Shown here in pieces: positions 36,211-49,400 of a stretch of 64,000 bases of DNA; position 1 is the first letter of the stretch; the number at the start of each line of letters is the position of its first letter. The position numbers and the translations under genes are program-made. This DNA is from Phallusia mammillata (lineage: Eukaryota), in contig OZ281499.1 in assembly GCA_965637545.1 (NCBI GenBank), positions 18,104,001 to 18,168,000 on the forward strand. Direction: 5' to 3'. The notes under the pieces were generated by a model. That model made no database searches, was not told where the DNA came from, and was given only the letters and a program-made list of their open reading frames with translations.

Positions 36211-36670
36211 TTATAGTGTGTGTTTTCCCTCATTATGCGGCTATTCTCATGTTTCTTTGTGTGGATCTTTTGCGTATAGGTTTGTTTTCTTTTGCTGTCG
36301 TATGTGGCTTTGTCTATAGTATACAAAGTAGTTACAAATACCAAAATATTACATAGGATTGTTACGACGCAATTAATAGTAATTTTAGTTAGATACGTTT
36401 TTCACATTTATTTGCGTAGGTTTTGTGCAACTTGAGTCTTTTATGGCATATCTTGCTAATCCCTTTTAGCTGCAAGTTCAAGCACCCGATGTGAAATGCA
36501 ATTTAGTGCATCCACTCGTGTCAGCCGACTAAGGCTGCATCATAACTGTTTCATTTACAGTTTGTATCGTCAGACTTAGTTCTGTTACATGTCGAGTATA
36601 GTATAATATTGTTTTGTTTAACTGCAGAAATAGTCAGGCATGAGGCACAAAAGAAATGTAGCAATCCGAA

Positions 36671-37034
36671 CAGGGGCGGCTCGTGCTAGGGTGCTGCGGA
36701 GCTGCAGCACCCCCTAGAGATTTTTACTTAATATTCCCACCACAACATTACAGATAACTTTCATGATACTTATTTTTTTATTCTAAAGTATAATTTTTAT
36801 CAATAAAATTTCCGCCTTGATCGGCATTTTTTTCATTTAAAAAAAAATATTATGGCATTAATATGTTATCTATGGTGGAACTGCAGCTCCAGTTTCATGA
36901 CTAATCGTGACGTTTCATGACGTTTTGCACTTGTGCGCATGCGCACTTGGGAAAGCTACATGCCGGGCGAAATAGGCGACAGGGTGCTGCGGCTCGCGCA
37001 GCTCCACCAATCACGCAGCGTGTGAACCGGCCTG
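36671..37034. mobile_element. Possible non-autonomous DNA transposon
   Basis: CAGGGGCGGCTC...GAACCGGCCTG imperfect termini with repeated GGGTGCTGCGG subterminal motifs; no TSD seen. Confidence 0.35.
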
Positions 37035-37404
37035 CAGTTCAGTGTTGTCTGTTCCGGGTTTAATGTGCTACAAAACCAAACCCGTTTGCTATATTCTTAA
37101 GTTCGACAGTGAGTACAGTTAAATAATTATTTTGTCATCTTTTAATTTATTCTTTGAAGATTAGTCGTGGTTTTTTTAAGATGACTGTAAGTGAGCTTTA
37201 GTTTTTGCAGTGATCATTGAATTAAAAAGGGTGAAAAAAAGTGTATCTACCCAAAAAAGTGTATCTACCACCTTGAAAAAGAAAAAAAAGGTCATCTAAC
37301 CGTTTGAAAAGTCACGATTAACCTTTATAATAAAAACCTGAATAAAAAGTTAAGAAAACTGGGATAAAACATCCGCTATTCCTAATATGTCATGCAGGAA
37401 TAAG

Positions 37405-37540
37405 CAGGGTTGGGTAACGAGTCTTATCAGTCGAGTCTCAAGTCAAGTCAAGTCAGTAGGGGTTCGAGTCTCAAGTCAAGTCAAGTCACAAGGGGTTCGA
37501 GTCTCAAGTCGAGTCAAGTCAAATGAGGTTCGAGTCTTAC
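37405..37540 (+). repeat. Transposon end with ~33-bp tandem subterminal repeats (TCGAGTCTCAAGTCAAGTCAAGTCA)
   Basis: CAGGGTTGGG followed by 3-4 repeat units. Confidence 0.6.
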
Positions 37541-37639
37541 TCCTGAACCGAGGAATTTTTTTAATCTACCATTCGTTGTTATTGGGATTATACATTGTTT
37601 ATTATAAAATTAAATTGCACTCTTAGCTTATTAAATAGA

Positions 37640-37950
37640 CTGGAAGCAATTGATTTACTGTGCAACTTTGTAGATATATTTCAAGGATTGAGTTGTGTTG
37701 CAAGTTGTCACCGAATTAGAACCGTTGGTAGTGATTGTCCTGTAGGCCGAAGCAGATCAACAATTTCATTTGCGCTCATGAACATGCTACAAAAGGAACT
37801 ACAAAGAATGGAAAGCATACAGGTGGTTCAATATGTAGAAGAGCCAACGAAGTAATCAAACTCTCCTTTAATCGTAGAAGAAAAGGGGAGTGAAAAGTTT
37901 TATTTGATCCACAAAGTACAAATAAAGCTAGTTTGCGTGAGCATTTTTTT
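37640..37950 (+). pseudogene. Old degenerate gypsy RT fragment
   Basis: DIFQGLSC...FALMNMLQKELQRMESIQVVQYVEEPT resembles the N-terminal RT region; followed by a decayed DP..NKA..REH motif. Confidence 0.6.
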
Positions 37951-38359
37951 ACTGGACAATAGTTAAATAATCAGTCCATTTCAAATGATAAAGGAGTATT
38001 TTCATTTAACATGTTAAGTTTTGCGAATGTCTCGTGGAAAAAATGTTTTACATGCTGATGTACATGTAGCTTAAAAACGGTTGACAGTTTGGTAGTGCTC
38101 ATGGACGATATTTGTCATTCGCGGTTCAAATAGGCAATAGCATGATATAAGGCTCGAAACCGGATTATCCATTTCAGATCCAACAATTTGAAGCTCAATA
38201 AAGAAAAGTGTATGTTTGGGGCAGACAAGGATACATTTCGTCGCGAATTGGTCATTGCTTCGTATGTTCAAACAGACGCAAACAAATTGCATGCAATGGA
38301 GCAATTAAGCGTTAAAGGGCGAACTGCTTAAATTTTAAGGTATGGTGACGTACATAGAT

Positions 38360-39146
38360 TGGCATATCCCGTTGGGTAACATATTGGACAGTTTAGGAAC
38401 ATGGACCAGTAGAAGCATTGCACTTTTGGCTGGACATTGCTGGCTGTGATGTCACCACAAACATCTGGTTTACTTTGTCCAGCCATGATAATGATTGCTG
38501 CAGGTGGATTTCATTTCCTTGTTAGCAACGTTCAGTTAAGTGAACTGACAACCAATTTTAAATCGGCATACATTTTCTTACTTAACGGTGCTTTTGATTC
38601 TGCCGTAGTGGTATTTTTTCTAAATAAAGTGGATACGACAGTGGCATCCATCTTACAAGTGTTTTTCAGTTCATGGCCTGCCTAAGTGTGTTTCCATGGT
38701 TACGAACATTTCTCCTGATGCCAAAAAACAAGATTCTAGTCGACAAAGATGACAACGTGGGCAGATACGGTGCAATGGAGATCTTACATTTTGCTAAGCG
38801 AACTCAAATAAACTTTGTATTCAAACTGGAGTCACAAACCAACGCAAATCCCGAATCTTCCAACAATGACGCACAACACAGGAAGAAACAGTTGTCATTG
38901 AAATCGTGTTTGAAATCCCCGCTGTTTTGGACCAACCTCATATTTCTTTGCGTCGGTTTTCTTCGTTTGGTTTTTTACATGGGTAGTTACATAACTTGGA
39001 TTGGTCAGATACAATCTCCCGATAGGATTGACTTTTTTGCTAACCTTTTTAGTTACATATTGATTGATGCAGGCCTTGCCGCACCTATCAACGGTGTAAT
39101 ATGCGATGCGGTAGTTAAGTGCAGTCGTGATTTGAATATCATTTAA
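38360..39146 (+). pseudogene. SLC43A3-like pseudogene I
   Basis: TWTSRSI...NGAFDSAVV, frameshift, then WLRTFLLMPKNK...APINGVICD, stop. Confidence 0.88.
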
Positions 39147-40974
39147 CGAAATTAAAAGAGGATGGTATCCTTTCTCTTTAAGAATGTCATCATGAAAAAA
39201 AATCAAAGAAATAACTATTTAATAAGAACTGATGGCGAAATAGAAAAGGTCGTCACGTAGTAAGTTGCAGTTTTCTGTATTTGGCACAATTAAAGTTTAC
39301 AAAACAAACAGTTCAAATTCGTAAATACACGTAAGTAAAGTGAAATGCGTCAACATCGTTGATCGTTGCCCAACAGTGCGAAAACAACATTTCATTTTAC
39401 CACAAGTGCGTACAAAGCTATGGGGTAGGGCAAAATCTTTACGCACCAGCAGTTGTCTGAGTTTTTCCTTAATTATGCGGAAATACTCATGTTTCTTTGT
39501 GTGGGTCGTTCGAGTTTGTATTTTTTCGTTAGCTGTCACATGAGGGGTTGTCTAGACAAAAAATATGTGGGGTTGTCTGTATGTTGAGAATATAGTAATG
39601 TTTTTTGTTTAACTACATAAATAATCAGGCATGGGGCACAACAGAACTGTATCAATCCTTATTAACAATAATTTAGTTATTCTTAAAAGTAATGAGGCAA
39701 AAACGTGTATGTAGAGGTGAAAAGTGTTGATGCACTAAACTTACACTAGGTCACGAAACTTTTTTCATGGCGGGTCGAACAACATTAAAAATATCTCGCG
39801 AGGGCCACTTAGGTGACAAGCCCTAATGCAGTGCCGTTTCAAAAGTTTCCACTAAACGCTTTTGCGGGACCAACTACAGTTAACTCAAGCTTCCGTTTTT
39901 TTAAGGTATATTAAGGTAGAGTCACAAACACATAAACTCACACTAGACAGGTAGGTGATTAATTTTCCGATAAATTTTTGTTTTTTATTGTAACTACTTT
40001 GTATAGGCAACCCCACATATGACAGGCAATGAAAAAATACAAACTCGAATGACCCACGCAAAGAAACATGAGAATTACTGCATTGTGAGGGAAAACTTCC
40101 TACGCACTTGTTGTATGACATGTTGAAACGTCAATTTTGTCAAATGCAGAATACCGCAACTTATTACGTGACGATCTTGACTAATTCGACATCAGTTCCT
40201 ATTAAATCATTATTTTTTTGATTTGTAACCGACCACAGGCGTTTGAGATGGCAACACTGCCTTATTACACGGTTTATTGGTGCAGTCGGGCCAACAGCAA
40301 TCTGTATGTAAACAAACAGATTTGCAAAAAGTCAAATCTATCGGAGGGTTGTATCTGAGTAATCAATGTTGTTTAACGGTTGCGAAAACCTGTTTTGTAA
40401 CTTTTGACCCACGGGCCATACTTTGGACACCCCTGGGGTAAGCTATTTCACGAGACTTGGATCTGATTTTGCATACACTTAGGCAAAGTATAATTAACAA
40501 AAAATAGTTTTTTTTAATTTAAAAATATGTTTGGAAGATGACATTACCAAAAGCGAAATTGACGGGTCCAATGCCAATGTGTCAACTGAGTTTTTGAAAA
40601 CGTTTTTCAACTCGACACGATTGTTTTTTAACTCGACATGATTGAACGCAGAATCGTCAGCTCGTTTCAACATACATGTGCGCGGTAGCATAAATTTTTA
40701 ACTCTGTAAATTTGTAACCCTATGTCTTTCAGGCCTAAACGGTCTTTTGCGCGATTTCACTGTTACTCACTTGTTAAAGACTGCAACTTCATAGCAGGGG
40801 TAATATTGCAAGTTAGTCAAGCTAGACTAAACGTGGAGATGTATCACATATGATTTTTTGGGAAGGGTCGACTTTAAAGCATGGTTCAATGCTTTATACC
40901 GCATTTCTCGACCCATTGCATTCACTTAACCAAGTGTTGTATTTTGAGCAGCTGTGCAAATAAATACTATAGAG

Positions 40975-41471
40975 CAGGGGTCACCAAACTACGGCCCGCG
41001 AGGTCATTTCATCCGGCCCGCGACCACAGATTTTGGTTTGCTAAATCGATATCTTAATTTGTAACATTACAAAAAAATTCTACTCCGTGCGAAAGTTTTT
41101 CTGTTGCGATATGTAGAAATGATATTACCGTAAGTTTCATACGATTACAACGCCCAGGATTGATCCAAAGCCAGTTTGTTATGTCACAAATAAGTCTACA
41201 AGTGGTAATTGTGCGCAAACAATTGCCTTCTTTGGTTACTTGTGACGTAATATACAAGTATTGCTCGCAAGATGGGGCTAACTATGAGTTTAACAGTCGC
41301 TTTACCAGATTTTAAATGGGATTACAGAAAGACCATATCTTGGCGCCCCTATGAAAATAGCCTCGCAGGCTAAGTTTGGAAAGACGGCGCTAAGGCATGT
41401 AAACTATGAGGCTCGCGCAAATCATTACTAAACCCATCCGACCCGCAGTGAAAAAAGTTTTGTGACCCCTG
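40975..41471. mobile_element. hAT MITE (CAGGGGTCACCAAACT family), 497 bp
   Basis: TIRs plus perfect 8-bp TSD CTATAGAG; second copy at 60673-61156. Confidence 0.92.
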
Positions 41472-41725
41472 CTATAGAGGTTAGTTTAAAGCTTTAATGT
41501 ACTTTAGCTTTTACTGCGATAATTGCAGAGCTTGCGTAAGATTTTGTACAACATGCTGAAGTCACACAGAAATCAAACCTAGTAACACCAATAAAAAAGA
41601 ATTGTGTCGATAAAACAATCCCAATTTGCACAATTTAGAGGAAAAGCGGCATTGCTGGGGCGCGAAACAATATATTTGAAAGCGAAATGATTTTCTGTAA
41701 AAGCATATAGAGCCAATAAATGATA

Positions 41726-41777
41726 AGCTGCAGACAGTGCACACTGTTTCGACCTATAAGGTCTCATCAGTGCAGCT
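41726..41777 (-). ncRNA. Minimal type I hammerhead ribozyme
   Basis: AGCUGCA CUGAUGA GACC-UUAUA-GGUC GAAA CAGUG-UG-CACUG UC / UGCAGCU: complete core, G10.1-C11.1 pair, GUC cleavage triplet and 7-bp stem I. Confidence 0.88.
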
Positions 41778-43373
41778 GGTGACGAGAGATCGGCCTTCAT
41801 GAAAGTTGTAATTTTTTATTACTGCACTGGCCTTGTTAGTGTAGGCTTTGACGAATATAAGAGCAGGGTGGACAAAACTGAGAATACAAACTGCCAAAAG
41901 AAGGTAGTTTACAATCGAAAACAAATACAAGTTTTCTATGGACAGAAACAACGCGTATTGCATAAGTGAAAAAAGTCCTGCAGCAAAAACCGTAATTCCG
42001 TAAAGCTGACCAAAGTGAATCAATGGAAAGGATTTGGCTAAAAAATTCGACAAACTTCCGAAAAGAAACGAGCGAAAGGAAAGCATTGTCACTAGGGAAC
42101 CATAAATGCTATTAGTTAATACTGTAACGTTCAGGATTATTTCAATGGATCCGGTTATGAACATGGTGACAAATAGACCACGTAGTTTTCGAGTATTTTG
42201 CCTGATTTTTGAATCACCACTGTACTTTTCAACTGCATCGCATATTACACCATTGATAGGTGCGGCCAGGCCGGCAGCAATCAATATGTAACTAAAAAGA
42301 CTCGCAAAAAAGTCAATTCTGTCGACAGAATGAATCCGACTAATCCATGATATGTAACTGCCAAAGAAAAACACCAAACGCAAACTCCCAATTGATAGAA
42401 ATATAAGGTTGGTCCAAATAAGAGGGGATTTTAAACACGATTTCAAAGACAATACATTGCCTTTATTTTGTGTTCCGTCTACGGATAATTCAACCCGCGG
42501 CATTGGTCTCGTCTTATTAGGCGATTCAATATCGTCTGAAGAGTTCATTTGAGTTCGCTTCGCAACATGCAGGACTTCCAAAATTCCGTACCTACCAACG
42601 CTGCCATCTTTGTCAACTATAATTTTGTTTTTCGGCATCAAGAGAAACGTACGTAACCATGGAAACACACTCAGACAGGCCATGAACTGAAAAATACTTC
42701 TAAGGTGGATGCCACTGTCGTAGGCCACTTAAATCAGAAGCAGAAATCTACAGCAGAATCATAAGCACCGGCAAGTAGGAAAAGGTACCCTGACTTATGT
42801 TCCGGTGTCAGGTCGCTTAATTGAACGTTGCTGACTTGGAAATGCAATCCAGATGTTGCAATCATTATCATGGCTGGGAAAAGTAAACCAGCTGTTTGTG
42901 GTGACATCACAGCCAGCAATGTCCAGCCAAAAGTGTTGAGAAAACATGCAATGCTTCTACTGGTCCATGTTCCGAATTTATCCAATATGTAACCAAATGG
43001 TACTGAGCTAATTGTTTGTGCAGCAATAGCTAATGTAATTACGAGGTTGAATGTCCTTCTTCAATGAGGACAAATTGTATGGAAGGCCATCCGTATATAA
43101 CACCACCTTGTACTAGCACTTCCAGTAATGCAGTAAAAATGCTTAGTGCATCAAGCATAGTCATTTTTAACTCTAAGTTCTGTTAAAAAAAGCCTCTAAG
43201 AATGAAACTTCTCTGATCGATTTTATTTGCATTTGCAATTGACATATATAATTGATTTTTGCAGAATCTATTATATTTTGCTGCTTTTTTTGCAAAGCAA
43301 CAGTACTTTGTAGAACGTATGGACTGAACTAAACTTTTACCATGTTAACTCCATCCTGTTGTAATCTTTGCAT
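41754..43373 (-). pseudogene. SLC43A3-like copy J (young pseudogene)
   Basis: Same two-exon layout (43373-43341; 43179-41754); 70-nt deletion at ~43055 and 1-nt loss at ~42735; the last 324 codons are open. Confidence 0.9.
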
Positions 43374-44013
43374 TATCTCTTTTGTTAGTGGGCGAACGAG
43401 TCTGTATTACTTTTTGGTCTATTCAATTTTGCCCATGTTTATGCGAAATCAGGTGAGATAACATATTCATGCCTCTTTGAAAAGCTTACCCCATTTTAAC
43501 ATCGACAAAACCCATGATGTGGAAGGTATTTCCAAAACTTCGCTTTTTTCACACAAACGCGCGAAAAAATGGTATACGTCACAGATGGCTAGCCAAGCCA
43601 CCTTGACGAATTTGAAACCTTATGTGAAGAGTAGAGCTGCTCATATAAGGACTAACATCAAACAAATTTGACAGTTACCTGTCACTATAATCGTGTTGAA
43701 ATTCGAAATTTTCTTGACAAACTACATTTTCATGGGTGTGGGTTTTTTTGCGTTTGGCTTTTTTCTTGGGTAGTTACTGCTCTTATTTTAGTTCAAATCT
43801 ATTTTCTATTTTTATTTCGTCTTATTTTCGTCTTAAAAATTATGAAAAAGTGTGATTATTTAATAATGGTCCATCCAAACCAGTAAAGAAAAACAAACGG
43901 TTACCTTGACCCATTTTTGCTGCACATAATGTTATTAATGTAAGTCACTAGTCCTAGCTTGCCTAAGCTGGCCAATGTGCTATTTCAAAATCGTTGTAGA
44001 CCTTTCTTATAAC

Positions 44014-44395
44014 CAGGGTTGCCATTGACTTGAAACCAAAAGTAAGGACAAACGAAAAATTAAACTTCATACGAAACGAAACAAACGTTTTTTAACAAAT
44101 CTTTGCTTTTATACGAGCCATGACATATCATATGCAATATTTTTTTGACAGAAACAGTCTGTTCCAGCAACTGATTGTTTGTACAAAATACTTCATGCAT
44201 CTCACGACAGCTCAGGTTTAGGTTTACTTTTACTTGTAGCAGAGATTTGACTAGTGATTGTTGAAAATGACACAAAAGAAGGACTCAAGTCAAAGATAGG
44301 GACACTTCTTAGAAATAAGGACAATGAACTTTTCTAAGACATAGCCCTTCAAAATAAGGACAAATCTTAGAAATAAGGACGCTATGGCAACCCTG
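44014..44395. mobile_element. hAT MITE with CAGGGTTGCCA TIRs, 382 bp
   Basis: 11-bp TIRs and perfect 8-bp TSD CTTATAAC. Confidence 0.92.
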
Positions 44396-45399
44396 CTTAT
44401 AACATTATTTGAAGAAAACAACCAGGTAATAAGCCATGCAAACACAATTAAAAATCATTAATTTCTGATAAGGCAATCAGTTTTTCTATAAATACCACCA
44501 CATGAACAATACAATCGAAATATTACATTGTAGTGTTGTAATTATGGGACCACGTGATCCGTTACGTCTAAGGAAATTTATCTTTCATTATTTGTTCTTT
44601 TCGTCGCCATTAAAAGGAACCATGCAAGGAGTCTAAGTCTTTAAGAGATTGCGAATTGTGCAGCCAAGTGAGTTATAACTTGTTCTTTTTCTGACTCATT
44701 TTATAGCATGCAATTTCAGCTGAAGATGTGAAGAAATTACTTTCAGAAAAGTTAGCGAAAAACATTCATCCCACGCTTTTTACACACTTCGCGGATCCTT
44801 GGTGAAATGCAACTCAAATAAGTGAAAACTATAGGCTGGTATCAGGCCGTTTAATCTAAAGTAAAGCCGAACAACCCGGTCCAACTTACAACTCTGTACG
44901 ATGTAGCCCGGTTAGGTTATGTACTATATCCTTACGATTTGATGACTGGTATATCTTATTTCCTGGTAGTTGCTGATTTCTATTCATTCCCGCTTTTCGT
45001 CAATACAACTTGTGTTGCAATCTATTGCGTTGTGTGACGTAACAGTCAACCGCCAGTTTTGCGTGATTTTGCGTGATTGTCAATTACTTAACAGGTGAAA
45101 TATAAATGATATGGATTGAACTGTGATGACCGAAAATGTCATTCAGCTTTACTTTTATTGTTCTGTACTTTTACCTGGATGCTTAAAATGCATTTTGTAC
45201 AACCACAGGACCAGCCTATTTCATTAATAGAACAAAGTCTAAGGGCCTTACTTATTCTTCATCAGAGTTTTTGCAGCTTTTACAAAGTCGAATGCTCGAA
45301 AAGAAAGTTTTCGGTCAGCCAACCAGATAGTTTTTTTGGTGTTTTGGAAAAGTTTAAAATGATCCCTGTGCTTTTTTTATTATTATTTTGGCAGTTACA

Positions 45400-45870
45400 A
45401 AAGGTGGATTAGTCAGATAGAAACTGTGGACAGACTCGACTATTTCACTAACCTTTTCAGATACATATTAATATCAGGCGGTCTAGCAGCACCTACAAAC
45501 GGTGTAATATGCGACGCTGTAATAAAATGCAACAACTCATCAGAAATCAGCCCCCAAACCTCAAAACTACGTGGTCTCTTTGTATCCATTTTAATAACAG
45601 AATCTCTTGAAATAATTCTTAAAAGTTCATTTCTGTACGGTAGTGTGATAGACTTTATAGCTAAAGCATTTCCAATGATTCATTTCGGCAAGCTTTTTGG
45701 AATTACATATATTTTAGCTTAAGCCTACCATACGTCCTCTTAGAGTATTTTTTTCTTGTTATTTCATTAATATGTCCTCCTTTTTAAGATGGTAATATGG
45801 TAGGCCTATTTTAGCTGGACGTTTCAGAACTTTGCAGTACGCGTTGTTTAAATTCCACGCAATCCCCTAA
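45400..45870 (+). pseudogene. SLC43A3-like pseudogene K (3' fragment; paralog of D)
   Basis: DRLDYFTNLFRYILISGGLAAPTNGVICD...AFPMIHFGKLFG. Confidence 0.8.
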
Positions 45871-46452
45871 CAATTGAAATATTTTTTTTTGCACTTTTTT
45901 GTATAAGGCTGCACTTTTTTGGATAGTTATAACCAAGTGAATATTTAGGTCCTCTGAGCATTTGACAATTGCGTGTATAACGAGTGTTTTAAAACAAATA
46001 ATTTCCACTGGAATGTGTGATTTCGAAACGGATACAATTTTATGAGAGTTGTAAATACATTTTTTTTAATCCACTAACATGAACGATCGAATTGCACATT
46101 AATAATTGTACGAAATGTCTGCTAGTTTGAACAATTATGTGTGCTTTTTGCGGCTGAAAAGCAAAAAAAATATTTTGTCAATGTTGTTCACCGCAATCCT
46201 TCTTGTATTCTGTCTAAACGCGTGCATCACAGCACTGTGAAATTTAGTTGTGGTGATTTTGCTAACTCCTCAGTCACAATCATGATCAGCTTGCTTTACA
46301 GTTCAATCCGCTCTAAAAAGTGGTTTAAAAAAACGCAAACACATCTTTTGGCGCTATATTTTGTGATTATAAATGTACAAAACCTACAATGTCCATTTGC
46401 CACAATTTGTACAATAAAAACACCCTGAATCAATACAGCAAAAATTTCCTGA

Positions 46453-49400
46453 TCAATAATTTACGTCACCAATCATACCGATGACGTAAGTCCTGCCCCT
46501 GCAGTTAAACCGGACGTTCGCAAGGCGAGGCTGCGCTGAGACTACATCAAGAATCCATTCTTCGTTGCTATTTCCTTTTCCAATCTCTTTTACTGACGTC
46601 ACGAACGGGACACGGTTGAGCGCCTTTCTTACTTCACGCTCGGATAGTTCTGAAACAGCATCATCACGTGACTCCTTAGCAGTGACCTCTATTAGTTTCA
46701 AGGTTAAGTTGTGTTCTTGTGGGTTAGCGCGACGCTCCTTTGATTCTGCTGGAGCAACGGTTTTTGGCGTTGACGTCACGAATTTCGTCATTCTGACGTC
46801 AGTGCTACAGTGACCTAATTCAGCAGAAGGCATTACCAGTTCCTGGGGCTTTACCGAAGTCGACAAGGAGCATTTGCAAACCAATTGCTTGCAGGTTGCA
46901 CACCGTTCTCCGTGAGTTTGTTTTCCCGATTTAGCAAAGCCGTCAAAGGGCGCTAGTTTATCGAGTAGCAAAGGCAGTTTAATACGAAATTTCGAGGAAG
47001 GTTTGCTCTTTTCAGCAGGTTTGTCCACCTCGACCGTTTTTTCGTCCACTTTTTCAGGTTGTGTTGAATTTGTTGCCTCGCGACTGGCAAGTAGCTGTTG
47101 TTGTGTTTCCATGACGATAGACTTGACCTTTGCTACGTCGGCTTGGCATTTTCTACAAAGGGAAAACCTCAAACTCGTAAACAAAACAACTTGAAAAACA
47201 GCTTGTAGATATGAAAAACTTTCTATAAGGGATAATTTCATTACTTTCCATTATTCACTAATGTGAAAAGAAAGGAAAATTGGCCATTGAAACAAAACGT
47301 CAAAAAATGCAATCCCAAAACCCGACTGAAGTCAAAAAAATAATTGTATTTTTTGGTTCTGGCCGTTTTTGGAATTGTATTTTTGGTGCGGTTCGGGTTT
47401 TGAGCTGGTTATTTTTGGTTCGGGCCGGTAGAGATGCTAACACAAGAACTCACAGACAGGTACGTCTGCTAATTCCCAAAATGTGGTGCAACGGGGCATA
47501 GGCATTTACTATGGCAGTAATTGCTGACTCAGCAAATTGATGACTTGAGGGTAATAATTGCTGACTCAGCAAATTGCTTTACCATAGTAAAATCCTATGC
47601 TCCGTTGCGTTACATTTTGTAAAATAGCAGGCTTGTCTGTGAGTTCTTGTGTAAGTAGATTTTTCGTTCGGGCCGGGTTTTGGGCTTTTAGGTTTTGATT
47701 CGGGTCAGGTTTTGGCAAGATTTGGGTCTAACTTTGGTGAGTACGCTTGCAGCTTTGTGTTGTTCTCTAAATTTCGACGTAGGCTTTTTAAAAACTTACT
47801 CAATCTGCACAATCGCTTCTTTGATTAATTCTTTTTCGTATTGATTCCTGTCGGATGTGTTTAGAAATTTTGAACGAAGCAGAAATAAGTCTTCCGCTAT
47901 GTGGCGCAGTTGGGGACGTAGTCTGAGTCCGTCAAACCATTCCTGAAACAAATACAGAAAATTCAGCCCAAAAACGGATTTATATTTTAAATATAGGCCT
48001 ACGCTTTAAAATTGCATACTGTTTTTTCCCTTAGGGCAAAGTTTAGACCGAGAGATACTCTAATAATGCAGGATTTTATTAAAATAAAATCGATTCTTAT
48101 TGATTTAAAGTGAATAAAATTCAGGGCAAATTTAAAGAATAACGATTTCATAAAAATGCACCTAAATAATCACTTTAAATAAATGGTAAAAAGGAAAACA
48201 TTTCTTTGTTTCGTTTTTTCAATATTTGCTTTATTAAACTTTTAGATCAGGGATTCCCAAGCGGGAAGGAATTTCTCCCAAAAGAGTAATTTTTAAAATT
48301 AAGGGAAGGAATTTACTTTAATTTTACATGTGGTTTGTAAATAGACATTTATAAGCTGTGGGAATATGACCTGCAAAGTTGATAAAAGATGCAATTTTAA
48401 ATGATTTTTGTATAGTTTAGCATCTATTATGTAGTATATTAGGGAGCAATGAAAATGTTTTTAAAGTGTTTTTTGTGAATTGTTTGGTATTGTGTTTTTT
48501 TTGCCTACCGAGCCCTAAGTGATTTTACCTGCATTGAGACGAAAGCATCCCGTTGGTCTTTGGTTTGTTGTTTTATGTAACAATACTGAAGAGAGAGTTT
48601 TCTTTGCAGTTCGTGCCTCTTCCTTTCTGCTCTCGCCTTCCTCAGAAATTCCTTTACCTCCTCATTTCCATCCCGTTTCTTCGTTTTGCTTGAACTTATG
48701 GTTTTACGAACGGAGGAAAGCAATTCAAGACATACCCCAATTCCCTGAGAAGACATGCGCAAGCACGTTGTGTATTTTTTTAATCTTATTTAGTTCAACA
48801 AACTTTATCAATGCCCTATATCAGTGGTCGGCAACCGCCGGTCCGCGGCCCGGTACCGGTCCGCGAGGGTTTCGTTACCGGGCCGTATAAATGTTTAGGT
48901 TAGATGTTACAAAACGTTTGGTCCATGTATCCCCGGGATGATAAACTAATTTAAGCGTTTTTATTGCTAAATATTTGTACTTTTTTGAAGACCGGTCCGC
49001 GATAAAATTTTAGTTTCAAAAACGGTCCGCCGTGCACAAAAGGTTGCCGACCCCTGCCCTATATGACCCCGAAAGGTGGGGCAATCTACTAATACCATAC
49101 CTTGTGTCAGACCCACATTTACGTTTTAGCTCTCAAATTTTGGCGTGATCCTCCACATACTTGTGTCAACGCATTACTCAAAATGACAAGGCGCACTTCA
49201 TATAATAACGTTCTTTACTTTCTTTGGATCACCGTAGAGCGTAGAGCTGCTAACACAGGAACTCATAGTACAAAAGTTTCGTAAATTTCGATAGGTTGCC
49301 CAAAGAGCACAAATGTAAACCTATTTCAACAGTATATCTCTAAAAATGCCATTGGAAATTTAGCTGTATGTGGGTCTGCCGTGAGGTATATGGTCTTTGT

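Larger units (their letters stand above)
43830..47035. repeat. Direct segmental duplication, copy 2 (partner 9550-12545)
   Basis: Collinear similarity to 9550-12545. Confidence 0.85.

Noticed and set aside
37405-37540. Regularly spaced 28-nt repeats resembling a CRISPR array
   Set aside because: Spacers are only ~5 nt, repeats are built from TCAAG/TCGAG pentamers, they follow a transposon-like terminus, and the context is eukaryotic with no cas genes.
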